Source of the DNA: Felis catus
Taxonomy: Eukaryota
DNA length: 64,000 nt
Direction: 5' to 3'
Assembly: GCF_018350175.1 (NCBI RefSeq)
Contig: NC_058368.1
Coordinates: 125,676,001-125,740,000 of the forward strand
Part shown: in pieces, positions 39,773-51,860 of the stretch
Layout of the letters: the number at the start of each line of letters is the position of its first letter
Numbering within the stretch: the stretch's first letter is position 1
Program-made: the position numbers and the translations under genes
The notes under the pieces: model-generated
The model's database searches: none
What the model was told of the DNA's origin: nothing
What the model saw: only the letters and a program-made list of their open reading frames with translations

Positions 39773-39931
39773 AAACTCTTAAAAACTGAGAACAAACTGA
39801 GGGTTGATGGGGGGTGGGAGGGAGGGGAGGGTGGGTGATGGATATTGAGGAGGGCAGCTTTTGGGATGAGCACTGGGTGTTGTATGGAAACCAATTTGAC
39901 AATAAACTTCATATATTGAAAAAAATAAAAT
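39773..39931 (+). mobile_element. Severely 5'-truncated young felid L1 (159 bp, 3'UTR only)
   Basis: Perfect 16-bp TSD aaaatattctctttgg at 39757-39772 and 39932-39947, preceded by tttt (endonuclease site); matches the 3'UTR of the L1 at 2581-2730. Confidence 0.95.
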
Positions 39932-41018
39932 AAAATATTCTCTTTGGCCTAATGAGAATGTAAGGTTTGTTCTTTAAATAGCAAACAGAACATGTTAGAT
40001 ACCTATTGTCTTCTCAGCCTGATCCAAAAATGCATAGAGTGAGAGCAGAGTAGAATTGGTTTCTGGCACCGGAGTCAATAATGCAGTTGGGTTGGGAACA
40101 GCCTATAAAGAGAGACATGATGAATTGTTTGCTTATTGTTCAGGAACACTTAAGCTAAATTATGTTCCTTAATAATTATATCCAAATTCACTGACAACAA
40201 TTCAAAATGAAGATTAATGTAAATGAAATTTTGATACAGTAAAAGAATTTATTATTGAAGGTCAGACTAAGGCCTGAGGTTTTGACTAACAGAGATTGGA
40301 AACTAGACATTGAGACATTTTTCTAAGTTCTTTGCTGACTACAGAAAACCTAAATTGTGTGGAATTTTCAGATGACCAACTCCTCTGAAGAGTAATGGTA
40401 AACAGCTGATCTTTATATCCAGGGTGTATTGATCAATCTAACAATTCAGTACTGACCCCTGATGAGGATCTGTAAATCAGGATAGATGCAGCCAACAGAG
40501 TATCTGTAATAAATACACAGGCACTTCTGTGCCTCAAACTCCTCCCCTTCCAACTCCTTCTCCGCATTCCATGAGATCCTAAACCATTAGGATCCAAGGC
40601 TTTATGCTAATCTCCTTTCTCCTTTGCCATATTCTTTAACAAAGCAGCACACTCTGTTTTCCAATCTTGCCATTCTCTTTTGTCCCAGGGTGCTACATTC
40701 CAGCCTGATTCTCAGAACTCTTGCCTCTGCTTTGCTTCCTCTAGGCAGATGCCCATCTTGCTAATTTTTTTGACCTCCTCAATGGTACAAAGGTCATCTG
40801 TCTGCTGCCCTCTCCAAGTTGATTTGTGCAGTGAGCAAAGATGCAGACTCTGTTAGCTCTCTCCAATCTCTGTGTGCAAGAATGCCGGGACAGTATGCGG
40901 TCTTTAGAGTGAGACAGTGAAGCAAGTAATTCCCTGGAATGTTTTCTGAGATTCCATTGTTAAACTCCAGTTTCTCATTAATGGCTCTAAATGGTCACGA
41001 TTGGAATTTTAAAATTCT

Positions 41019-41022
<4 letters not shown>

Positions 41023-41061
<39 letters not shown>

Positions 41062-41071
41062 ATGTGTGTGT
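41023..41071. repeat. (TG)n microsatellite
   Basis: Read directly. Confidence 0.95.
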
Positions 41072-41439
41072 CTATCTGTCTAGGGTTAGGGTGGAAGCAT
41101 TGGGAGTATAGTGGTGGGGGGCGGTGAGCATTGTGATTTGAAAGTATTTAGGGTCTGAAGGCAAAATCTAAAAAGAAGGCATCTTGCTAGGAAGAAAAAA
41201 ATGGAAGGTAACTGTGGGTTCTAGATTGCTAGTGCAATTCAGCTTTCATTTGTAATTTGCTCAATAAAAATTCACTGACATCTTTTCTTCACAGTACTTC
41301 CCATCTTTACTCTACGTGCTAGACACTGGGCAGTAAGATAGAGACCCTGTCTAGAGGAAGCAACTGCCCCAAGACAAACAGGCTATTGAGAAGGATGCAG
41401 TGAGTTCTGGTGCAGATATTTGCAAAGCACTATGGAAGT

Positions 41440-41578
41440 ATAAACATTACATTGTAAGCTTCTTGAGGGCAGAGGCTGCATCATATTTACCTTTGTGAGC
41501 TCAGCCTCTAGCTCAGTGGTTGGCACATAGGAAGTACTTGGTAAATATTTCATGATTAAGTGAATGAATGAGTGAATT
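41440..41578 (+). mobile_element. L2 3' terminus
   Basis: attgtaagcttcttgagggcaga...tggcacataggaagtacttggtaaatattt...gaatgaatga. Confidence 0.75.
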
Positions 41579-41987
41579 CTGTCCCCTCCATCTGTACCAA
41601 TCATTTATCTCCTGTTTTGTCAACTGTTTCTTATTTTGGTATGTAGCTTTCTGTCTGTGATAAAGTTTTATAAATGCTTTACATATCTTCTATATTTCAG
41701 TCTTTACTCGGCAGCTAGTTTTAAATCAGTGATATTTATTGGTGAATGAGTTTGTAGCCATTCAGTGCCTTGGCTTGCCATATATAGAGTAATAAAATTG
41801 AAAATTTATTGGGGTAAATAGAACAGTTTTCAGATGCCAATGTTTTGCAGATGATTTTCACCTGTGGTTCTCACATTTGGGAGGACATAGGAAAAGAAAA
41901 ATAAACGAACTGACACCTTATACTTTGGGTCAGTCTTTAAGAAGAAGCAGTTAAAAAAAATCACCCAGTGACATTCACGCTAATATA

Positions 41988-42219
41988 ATTTTTAAAAATG
42001 TTGATTTATTTTTGAAAGAGAGAAAGAGAGAAAGAAAAAGAGAGAAGAAGAGAGAGATAATGAGTAGGGGACGGGCAGAGAGGGAGACACAGAATCTGAA
42101 GCAGGCTCCAGGTTCTGAGCTGTCAGCACAGACCCCGATGTGGGGCTTGAACTCCCAAACCACGAGATCATGACCTGAGCTGGTTGGATACTTAACCAGC
42201 TTAGCCACCCAGGCACCCC
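41988..42219 (-). mobile_element. Can-SINE
   Basis: TSD tca(c/t)gctaatata at 41975-41987 and 42220-42232. Confidence 0.94.
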
Positions 42220-42694
42220 TCATGCTAATATACAGTGAAACTTTGTCCTTGATGAGATGGTCATACATTTTCGTTCAGATTAAAAAAAAAGGCAGCAACA
42301 GACTCCTCTCCCCCTGCCTACTTGCAATTTTCATATTATAAAATATTTTATAAATACAAAAGAAAATAATATAAAACAGAGAATAACAAAATGAACCTCC
42401 CCTCTATTTAGAAACGACAAATGTTTACTACATGTCTTCTCCTCACTCACTCCTGGACTCTCCCCTGCTGTTCTTTTGCTTGTACTCAAGAGAGACCAGT
42501 GTTCTGAAGGTGGATCCCAGATAACTAAGTTGTGGTGTATTTATAAATAGAAACAATGTAGTAGTGAAAAAGAGTGAACTACTGATTCATACATCAGCAT
42601 GTCGGGTTCTCAAAGACACACTGTTGAGTAAAAAGGAATCCACAGAAAAATGTATACAATGCTGCCGCATTGTATATTAGCTTAGATTTCAAAA

Positions 42695-42911
42695 AAAATT
42701 TTTTTTAACGTTTATTTATTTTTGGGACAGAGAGAGACAGAGCATGAATGGGGGAGGGGCAGAGAGAGAGGGAGACACACAGAATCGGAAGCAGGCTCCA
42801 GGCTCTGAGCCATCAGCCCAGAGCCTGACGTGGGGCTCGAACTCACGGACCGCGAGATCGTGACCTGAGCTGAAGTCGGACGCTTAACGGACTGAGCCAC
42901 CCAGGCGCCCC
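42695..42911 (-). mobile_element. Young Can-SINE
   Basis: TSD tatta(g/c)cttagatttcaaaa at 42675-42694 and 42912-42931; many CpGs retained. Confidence 0.96.
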
Positions 42912-43012
42912 TATTACCTTAGATTTCAAAATCATGTAACATGTAACACTATGTCATTTAGAGATGTGTAAATATATAGTAAAACTCTAATGAAAAACAA
43001 TGTCTTTTAAAC

Positions 43013-43080
43013 TATATACATATATATATGTATATATATATACATATATATATATATACATATATATATACATATATATG

Positions 43081-43143
<63 letters not shown>
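43013..43143. repeat. ~130 bp interrupted (TA)n array
   Basis: TA repeats with CA/TG interruptions, then a pure run from ~43095. Confidence 0.97.
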
Positions 43144-43145
<2 letters not shown>

Positions 43146-43625
43146 TCCTTTGATCTCTTAGTTACATTAGTATCATCTTCATGCAAATAGGAAAAAACCT
43201 TGATTCATTATGCTGGCTGGCTGAATGGCACAGGATTCCAACAGACACATTCATTAAATGAAAATTTAGCAGCTTCAGGGATTATTCTCCTATCATTTGA
43301 ATTTTTCCTGAAATTTAGGCAACACCACAGGATGTTTTTGAAGAGAACATGTACTTGCTGCAGTCCTTTTGTAGAGCTGTAAAACTGAAAACGTGAATCT
43401 AAAGGCCTCAGCAACTGATTTTCACTTTGGCTCGTTATACTTGTGCTGAACTTCTTAGGTAACTAGGTGAGGTAATACTTAATTAGTAATAGTGTGAGGG
43501 AAGTAGAGGAAATATCAGTGAAATACAAGTAGGCTGGAGCAGAAAAACAAAGGTTGCCAATCCAGTGTAAATTATCTTATAAAAGTTGGGGCAATAAAAG
43601 CTAAAGTCAGATGTTTAAAATACTT

Positions 43626-43824
43626 GGGGCACCTGGGTGGCTCAGTCGGTTGAGTCCAACTTTGGCTCAGGTCATGATCTCACAGCTTGTGAGTTCAAGC
43701 CCCACGTCAGGTTTTGTGCTGACAGCTCTGAGCCTGGAGCCTGCTTTGGATTCTGTGTCTCCCTCTTTCTCTGTCCCTCCCCTGCTTGCACTCTGTTTCT
43801 GTCTCTCAAAAATAAATAAATGTT
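43626..43824 (+). mobile_element. Can-SINE
   Basis: TSD aaaatactt at 43617-43625 and 43825-43833. Confidence 0.94.
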
Positions 43825-43835
43825 AAAATACTTTT

Positions 43836-44040
43836 GTGTGCCAGGATCTGTGATGTGTCTTTTTCTCACTTAATCTTTACCATGGCTCCTTTAAGTTAGG
43901 CATTATTATCCTTGGTTTACAAATGAGGGCACTGATGTTTACAGGAATTAAGTTACTTGTCAAAAGTCATAAAGTTGGTACATGACAAAGCCAGGATTTT
44001 AATTCAGGTTCATTTGACTCTCAACTCCTAACTTTTCCCA
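43836..44040 (-). mobile_element. MIR
   Basis: Core tttacaaatgagggcactgatg...aagttacttgtcaaaagtcata...aaagccaggatttt. Confidence 0.75.
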
Positions 44041-44370
44041 AAATGCTATTAACGTTGCTTATCAAGGAAGAATACAATGAACTTTATTTTATGTGTGTGG
44101 GGTACTCTTGATTAAAATATCAAATAAAATAAATAAATGCCAGTTTAGAAATATTGGTGCCTCTTGTTCAAATCATCATATAGATGGGAAGCTATTATCA
44201 ATTAAATAATTTTTATTTCTTGGTCAAAATATGTAGCCCAGAGACCTTCTGACATGGAGTCAGAAGACCTGAGTTTGAGTTTCTCCTTGGCCACAATTAG
44301 TTGAAATCATGATGACACATTAAAACAGTGATTATCAATTTACCGAACTGTGCATTGAGAGTAGGTTTTA

Positions 44371-44597
44371 GCAGCTCCTGGGTGGCTCAGTCGGTGAAGT
44401 GTCTGACTTCGGCTCAGGTCATGATTTTGCAGTATATGGATTCAAGCCCTGCATCAGGCTCTGTGCTGGCAGCTCAGAGCCTGGAGCCTGCTTCTGATTC
44501 TGTCTCCCCCTCTCTCTGCCCCTCCCACTCTCACTTTTTCTCTTTCTCTCTCTCAAAAAAGAAATAAACATTAAAAAATAATTAAAAAACATAAATA
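44371..44597 (+). mobile_element. Can-SINE
   Basis: cctgggtggctcagtcgg head, CT linker, A tail. Confidence 0.92.
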
Positions 44598-45325
44598 GCA
44601 TGGGTTTTAAACAAATATGGAAAGTCATTTCTTCAGCAGGCCCATTCAACAGTGTTTGTTAGAGCACAGTGAATTTAAATGTATTATGTAGAATGCAAAG
44701 AATTGTACATTATGGTATGGAAAACCATTCCAGTCCATGCTTCTCTGATAACACCGATGGACATTTTGCCTTAGCTCTGCAGGATAATAGTATCAAAATA
44801 TTGATAGTATTACAAAAGCCACTACCCTAGGCCAATGGACATCTTCTGCTGATGACTAATGCAAGAGATAGATTTCCTTTACTTTGCTATTAGTAATTGT
44901 CCATTGGTATAGTGCACTGTATCTATTCCAGTGACCTGGGAAAGCTTGATTTATCTGTAAATTTATATAAACACCAAGCAGACAGTGTTCCAAAGGTATG
45001 TTTGTTTGCTTCAGTCTAAACTTTTTAAAGTTTTGGCTGTTGTCTATGTCAAGGCTAATTGTACTTTGCTTGTCTTGCCTCAGTTGGGCCTCTTAGGTCT
45101 CTGTTACCCCTCTGCTGTTTATACAGTTGACAGCTTCTAGATTGGGCTCATGTTCTAGGCTGCTGCTTAGGATCTTCCTACCCTCCCATAAGGACAGGAT
45201 GTGCCCTCCAAGAGAACCCCTTTGCTTGTGCTTATGTTCACCTTCCTGGCTCTGACCACCTGCATATGGCGATCTTCCTTATTCTCCTCCTGCTATGTTG
45301 GCCTTGAATTTTCTCCCCCATTTTC

Positions 45326-45335
45326 TTTCCTTTTC

Positions 45336-45367
<32 letters not shown>

Positions 45368-45598
45368 CTTCTTCTTCTTCTTCTTCTTTGTTTTTAATGT
45401 TTATTTATTTTTGAGAGAGACAGAGACAGAATGCGAGTGGGTTAGGGGCAGAGAGAGAGGGAGACACAGAATCCGAAGCAGGCTCCAGGCTCCGAGTTGT
45501 CAGCACAAAGCACCATGCAGGGCTCGAACTCACCAGCTGTGAGATCGTGACCTGAGCCAAAGTCAGACGCTCAACCGACTGAGCCACCCAGGCGCCCC
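45326..45598 (-). mobile_element. Can-SINE whose tail contains a (TTG)n(TTC)n microsatellite
   Basis: TSD tctcc(c/t)ccattttc at 45312-45325 and 45599-45612 encloses the repeat. Confidence 0.94.
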
Positions 45599-45680
45599 TC
45601 TCCTCCATTTTCATCTCAGACAGCTACCCAACCTTTTATTCTTGTTGGGATAAAACTGCTACTTCTAGTCTTTGTCTCAA

Positions 45681-45830
45681 CCCTGCTACTCAAAATGTGA
45701 CCCAAAGAGTTGCAGCATTGACGATACCTGGGTTTATTATACGTGAGAATCTTAGGCCCCACCCCAGACCCACTGAATCAGATTTTATCCACAGGTGATT
45801 CATATGCAACTTAGAGTATGAGAAGCTGCT
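45681..45830. mobile_element. MER5A-like hAT-Charlie MITE
   Basis: tgctactcaaaatgtg...ggccccaccccagacccactgaatcaga...caggtgattcatatgca...tgagaagc. Confidence 0.8.
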
Positions 45831-46410
45831 CTAAAGTCCACTCCCTTATTCTGGACTCTGTATTAGTGTCCTGTCAGCCAGAGGTCTTCTCAGGAAGTAA
45901 GGAAAGGTGCATTGTCATTTGCGTGGTACTTGTATGGTTTTGTTTCTATTTTTCCTTCTTGGGTGTGTTTCATTCATTTGTTACCTGTCTGTGATCTTAT
46001 ATTATTAAAACTCGGATGGAACTGCATGTGGGTATTACTTGTTAATTAGTACATTGATCTCTGTCTCTCTTTCTGTCTCTGTCACACACACGTATGCATG
46101 TGTGCGTACGTGTGCCCCACCCCCCCACACCGTTATCTCAAGGAGGGCTTTGGCCAGAAAAGCCCTAACTCAGATCCAGACAACACAAAGTAACTGACTA
46201 GAATACTCTATTAAAGGTCTTGTGATGTATTTTCCATCCATCCTCAAAATATAGAAAACTACTAATTGATTTCACAAACCTCTCAGAGCTTCCTCCTGTG
46301 TGGGCTGCCTAGAATTGCATGTTTTATGATATCTAGGAGTTAGTCTCTCCTAGTATTCATTGGATTTAGCTGATTGTAATTTGTTTTGTCTGACTCATCC
46401 TTGATCTAAT

Positions 46411-46536
46411 CTTTTCTTTTTCTTTTTTTTTAAAGATTTTATTTTTAAGTAATCTCTACACCCAACATGGGACTCAAACTTACAGCCCTGAGATTAAGAG
46501 TCACATGGTCTACTGATTGAGCCAGCCAGGTACCCC
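46411..46536 (-). mobile_element. Short, older Can-SINE lacking the CT linker
   Basis: aagattttatttttaagtaatctctacacccaacatggg...gagccagccaggtacccc; tRNA-Lys-like head. Confidence 0.85.
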
Positions 46537-47141
46537 TAATTTTTTTTCTATTGTAAGTACTAGAGAATCTTATATAATTTCTTCTTCCCTACTGTTGCTA
46601 CCATTATTTTTTAAATCAAATTTGCTACAAGACAATATAGTTTAAGTTATTATATTCAAAGTGTTTATAAAAATAAATTCAGAGAACACAATGTACAGAG
46701 GACAGATAGATTACTTGATACTATAATTCTTAGTTCTCTTTAGGAAAAAAATAAGTAATTTTCTGCAATTACTCTGTCAACTCCCAATTTGCATAAATAT
46801 AATAAGCATCTCAATATTGAATTGGGTTCCAGTTTATGTGCACTATTGTAGTCTGTGAACAAAGAAACTTACACAGACCTCAATCCCTCTTTAGGAGATT
46901 TCAAGTAAAATGAGTAAGTTGCCTCTGGCCCTTCCTACCTTTCTTCTAATTTCCCTTTTTTGGGATACATTCCTAATGAAGCAAAATACCAGGAAGTGTC
47001 ATCATTTTTATTTATTTCAGTAATTAATCTACTAGGGTGCTTTGTTTTTTATATGAAACAATGATTTTACATGTATGTATCTTTAGGTACATATTAAAGA
47101 GTATTAATATTTTAAGGAAAAACATCTATGCCAGTGAAATA

Positions 47142-47361
47142 TTTTTTTAATTTATTTTATTAAAATGTTTATTTATTTATTTTTGAGAGAGTGAGAGAAT
47201 GTGAGCTGGGGAGGGGCAGAGAGAGAGGGAGGGAGACAGAGAATCCAAAGCGGGCTCCGTACTGTCGTAGAGCTCGAAGTGGGACTCAAAGCCACAAATT
47301 GTGAAGATCAAGACCTGAGCCAAAGTCAGGCACTCAACTGACTGAGGCACTCAGGCATCCT
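47142..47361 (-). mobile_element. Can-SINE (diverged)
   Basis: T-rich tail, GA linker, gacctgagccaaagtc head. Confidence 0.9.
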
Positions 47362-47804
47362 AAGGATTTTTTTTTTCCATGCTAATGGAAAAAAGCTCTG
47401 GAAATCGAATATGTCGATGATACTGGAGGGGTTAGTGGTGGTAGTAGGTGAGATTTTTATGCAAATACAAGTAAAATGAAAACTTTTAGAGAAGAAGTGG
47501 ATTCAGAAGAGAATGAGAAAGACAGGAACTGAAAATGAGATAGGCAAAATTTGAGAGACTGAGGAAATCAATTTTTCTAATAATCTTTAAAAAGGCAGAG
47601 AATTCCCAAATGAGATGGAGGAGGTTCTGGGATGCATGAAGGTTGAGAGATGTCTGTTAGAACCTTAGTTTGGGTGAGTGGAGTTGTGCTGTAGGCAGAA
47701 TGGAGAGAAAAGGCTTGCCAAAGGATTTAATCTAGAGAATAGTAGCTATGAAAGAGTTTCTTCCTGAATTCAAGGGAGTTGACCTGGGGGCCATGTTAGA
47801 GATC

Positions 47805-47995
47805 TATCTATTTATGTTATATATAATGTATATATATAATATATATATATGTTATATATGTTATATAATTATATATATATTATATATATATACACACACA
47901 CACTTACTATGTATAATATGCTTATATTATATATAATTCATATATAAATATAAAAAAATGTTTGATTAGTATATAGATTTAATAAATCTATCTTT
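47805..47995. repeat. AT-rich low-complexity (TA)n/(CA)n tract
   Basis: Read directly. Confidence 0.85.
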
Positions 47996-48056
47996 CATTT
48001 ATCTACATTTCATTGGAGAGATAAAAGAGAAATGAGAAAAAATAGATATGATTTAA

Positions 48057-48271
48057 TTTTTTTTTTTTACATTTATTTATTTTTGAGAGACAGAGAGAGA
48101 CAGAGTGTAAGCAGGGGAAGGGCAAAGAGAGAGGGAGACATAGAATCTGAAGCAGGCTCCAGGCTCTGAGCTGTCAGCACAGAGCCCGAAACGGGCTCGA
48201 ACCCAGGAACTGTGAGATCATGACCTGAGCCAAAGTCAGATGCTTAACTGACTGAGCCACCCAGGTGCCCC
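48057..48271 (-). mobile_element. Can-SINE
   Basis: TSD aaaatagat(a/c)tgatttaa at 48039-48056 and 48272-48289. Confidence 0.95.
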
Positions 48272-48309
48272 AAAATAGATCTGATTTAAAAGAAAAAGTA
48301 CCACATAGA

Positions 48310-48518
48310 GGGGCACCTGGGTGGCTCAGGTGGTTAAACGTCTGATTTTGGCTCAGGTCATGATCTCATGGTTTGTGAGTTCGAGCCCCTCATCAGGCTG
48401 TCTGTTGTCATTGCAGACCCTGCTTTGGATCCTCTGTCTCCCTCTCTCTGCACCTCTGACATCTGCGCGCACGTGCTCTCTCTCTCTCTCTCAAAAATAA
48501 GTAAACAGTAAAAAAAAT
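48310..48518 (+). mobile_element. Can-SINE
   Basis: Decayed TSD aaaagaaaaagtaccacataga / aaaaggaaaagtactatgtaga. Confidence 0.94.
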
Positions 48519-49249
48519 AAAAGGAAAAGTACTATGTAGACAAGGTAAGAAGGAATTAAGCCTTTAGGCCAGAAAGGGAGTAAAATAGTCAAATGATGAT
48601 GTAGAAAAGACAGAGTAAAAGTAAACTAGTTGAATTACACAAATGGGCTCATGGCTTATACATATATAATTATTTTATTTGATCTCACTGTAGTTTGAAC
48701 TCCAAAATTCCATCACAGTGAAAACCGTTGGTACTAGAGCTCAGAGTACATATGCGATCCTGCAGGAGGCACTGTGGGAAAACACCAGGACATGGTTTTG
48801 TAAGAGGAGAGGAGCTAACTCTTGGAGAAGAGTCCCCTCAAACCCTAAATAGGAGCCACAGAGTGTTTCTTAGAGAGATAAGATGAGAAGGTAGTCTTTT
48901 CAGTACATCTTCCCCTATTCATATTCTAATCCACACCTGTTGCCATGGTTTCCTTAGCCCACAGCATCCATCAGAGCAGTATCCCATCCTCCTGAGGCCA
49001 TGACCTGAGTTTCTGTCTGGCACAAAGCTCCCCTGAGAAAATTGACTTCCGTGCTACTTCCTCAGGACCTTTCAGGCCTGAAATGACCTTTCAGGCATCA
49101 TAATGACTTCTGATTAATAATTGAATTGAATCATAAAGTAATTTATTTAATCATTAAATAATCTATAATTATTGATCAGTTTTTCATACTTCTAATGGAG
49201 CATTTTTTTACTACTTTCTAGAGAAATTATATTTAAAGAGAAACATCTT

Positions 49250-49885
49250 AGAGACATCAATGACTTAACCCAAAGAAAAGAATCAACAAAGAGCAAATCT
49301 CTGAACCAGAGGTGTCAGTGTTGAGACTGGGAGACCAAGAGGTCTTTACACACCTAATCACATGTATATCACTCTCATGAGAACCAAAACAAGCTGTAAC
49401 ACAGCTCACTGTCACTTTATTAATAGGACACTACTATTACAAGAAATTCTTGTTTGGGAAGATAAAGTTAAAAATAACTTTATTACTTATTTCAAGAATT
49501 TATGGAACACATCCCCCCCCCCCAAAACAATAGACCACATAGCTAGCCTCCTTATCCCTTCTCCATACTAGGTCTCTCTATGAGATTCAGCTAATAACTG
49601 GACCCTCCTCAAGTCTCCCTTCTAAATCTCACCTTGTTCCTCCTATCCTAACAATTTTGTCATGACTTTTGTCCAATCGCAATTAAGGTCCTTCACTTCC
49701 ACTTCCCACCAATGAAAAATTCACCTTAGACCAGACCCCAAACCTCATAAGAATCTTGTCTTTGCCTGCTCTCTTCCAAGATGCTACTAAGTCATTGTCA
49801 AAGTAGTGGTCTTCCTTACTGCAGGAAGCAATAAACTTGCCTTTGCTTCAGTTACAGGTTATTTGGGGTAGTATTTTCAGGGAAT
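49250..49885 (+). mobile_element. Solo ERV1-type LTR (MER34-like)
   Basis: ccaatc box, agaccccaaacctcataa, cttactgcaggaagcaataaacttgcctttg poly(A)-signal region; boundaries approximate. Confidence 0.45.
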
Positions 49886-50794
49886 CTATAGGTGATACAC
49901 TGGTCCCCAGTGGGTTTTGTAAATAGTGATACTGCAGATACTTTTTGGAAGGTTAAATGTTTAAAGATGCTTGTGGACTTCCCAGTAGAAGACCTGTGGT
50001 CAGAACACAGACATCTCTGCTTGGGAACTGTCTTAGAAACTGACAAAGAGCTGCCCTCTCCAACTTACCCATGACCCATGACCCATGACCTTATTGTAAT
50101 GAAAGTTTTGAGGCATCAGAACTCTATTTTACTGTCATTTCATCCATTATTATGTGTCTCCAGAAGAGAACTGTGTAAGTTCATACAGAAATGATAGAAC
50201 ATATTGGGTGTTTATGAAGGGTGAAAAATGTGTTAAAACACCAAATGTTTATGTATTTGTTTGTTTATAGTTAGCACTTAGAATAATGTCTTCACAGAAA
50301 GCATAGAATAATTAGAAAATTCACTTGAGCTCACTAGGATGTTTAGAGAGATGTGATTAATGCTTGTAAAGAGAATCATATTCACACAAGTGTCATTCCT
50401 ACTGCAAAGTACAAATGGTTTTCTGATAGCAGAAGAAAGTTTATTTAACTTTTTGGGGTGGCCAGTCCTCTGTTATCAAAATGTGGCCTGCCAAGTTAGC
50501 AAATTTCACTCCTTGTTAAGTGAATACTTCTCCACTCATGCAATTCTGAAAAATGCACTTACTGCTGATTTAAAAGTGCCCCATGCTTCTTGTATCAGAT
50601 TAGAAACCCGAAGGACCATTGACCATAAGTAGTATTGAAAATAGATTTATAATTTTGAGTTAGGTTGCAAGATGGAACAGAGACTTTGCTTAATTCACTT
50701 TATTGGAGCCTAGTCAAGTCTTCCTCAAAGGACTTAGTTATAGTGATATTATCTGCAATAAAAATTCTATTAATAGCATTAATAAATGGACATT

Positions 50795-50995
50795 AATAAT
50801 GGCAGGTAGCATTTATTGACTCTTTACTAAGTGCTCTTTACTAAGAGGACCCTGTGCTAATGCTTTAACTGCATCGTCAGATTTCATCTTTGCAACACCC
50901 ATGTGAGGTGTGTGGTGTTATCATCACCATCACATCTATTGACTGAGACTTTAAAAATTACATAACCTGCCCAAAGTCACATTAATAAGTGGCCA
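50795..50995 (-). mobile_element. MIR
   Basis: gcatttattga...caacacccatgtgaggt...gactgagact...taacctgcccaaagtcaca. Confidence 0.7.
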
Positions 50996-51474
50996 TGTGG
51001 GGCTCATTCCATTGTTGCTTGACAATGAAGTCCTTCCTTGTTCCCATTTGCCATGTTGTGAGAAGCCAGTCCCCTAAGAATAAGGACCGTATCTCATATT
51101 GTAGCTCTGTTAGAGTGAGTACCTCTGTGCACATATTACACAAAATATAGTAATGTCTTGATTGATTCAAAAAGTATTAAGTGATATGAACAGATGGCCA
51201 CTGAAAAAATGCTGGAGAGGATAACAGATAATTTAGTGGAAATGCTTTTTACCTCCTCTCAAAATGTAAGCTGACTTAGGTGTTTCATCACTTCTAAAAA
51301 TCAAAGGAGCCAAGTTTCTTTCATTCATTTAATACACTTTTATTCATTGTAAGCTTACTTTGGGCTAGACATTGTGCCAAATGCCCTGGAAACAGAGTTG
51401 AGAAAAACATGATCATCACTTTCAAGTCCACTGGGAGAGTGAGAGAAAAAGACAAGGAATTCAACAATTAAAAC

Positions 51475-51860
51475 ACCATGTGATATGGAACAAAGTCAAA
51501 AGTCTAGAAATAGAACTCTGCAGGTATGGCCAGAAGTACAGAATGATTCAGTAGGGGAAGGGCAGTCTTTTTAGCAGATAGCATTAGAACAATTGAATAT
51601 CCATAGATGCAAAAATGAGCCTAAACTTAAAACTCACACGTTACACAGTAATTAAGTCAAAATTGATCAGAGATATGCATGTAACATGTAAATCTATAAA
51701 ACTTTTAGAAAAAAAATAGAAAAGCTTCTTGACAGGGTTTAGCAAAGAGTTCTTAGACATGACATCAAAAGCATAGTCCATAAAAGAAAAATCAATAAAT
51801 TGGACTTTATGAAAATTACACTTTCACTCTGAGAAAGACTCTTTTAAAAGAACAAAAGGA
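51475..51860 (+). mobile_element. Ancient L1M ORF2 fragment (left part of host element)
   Basis: aaactcacacgttacacag, ctataaaacttttagaa, ataaattggactttatgaaaatt motifs; stops abruptly at ...aacaaaagga. Confidence 0.8.
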
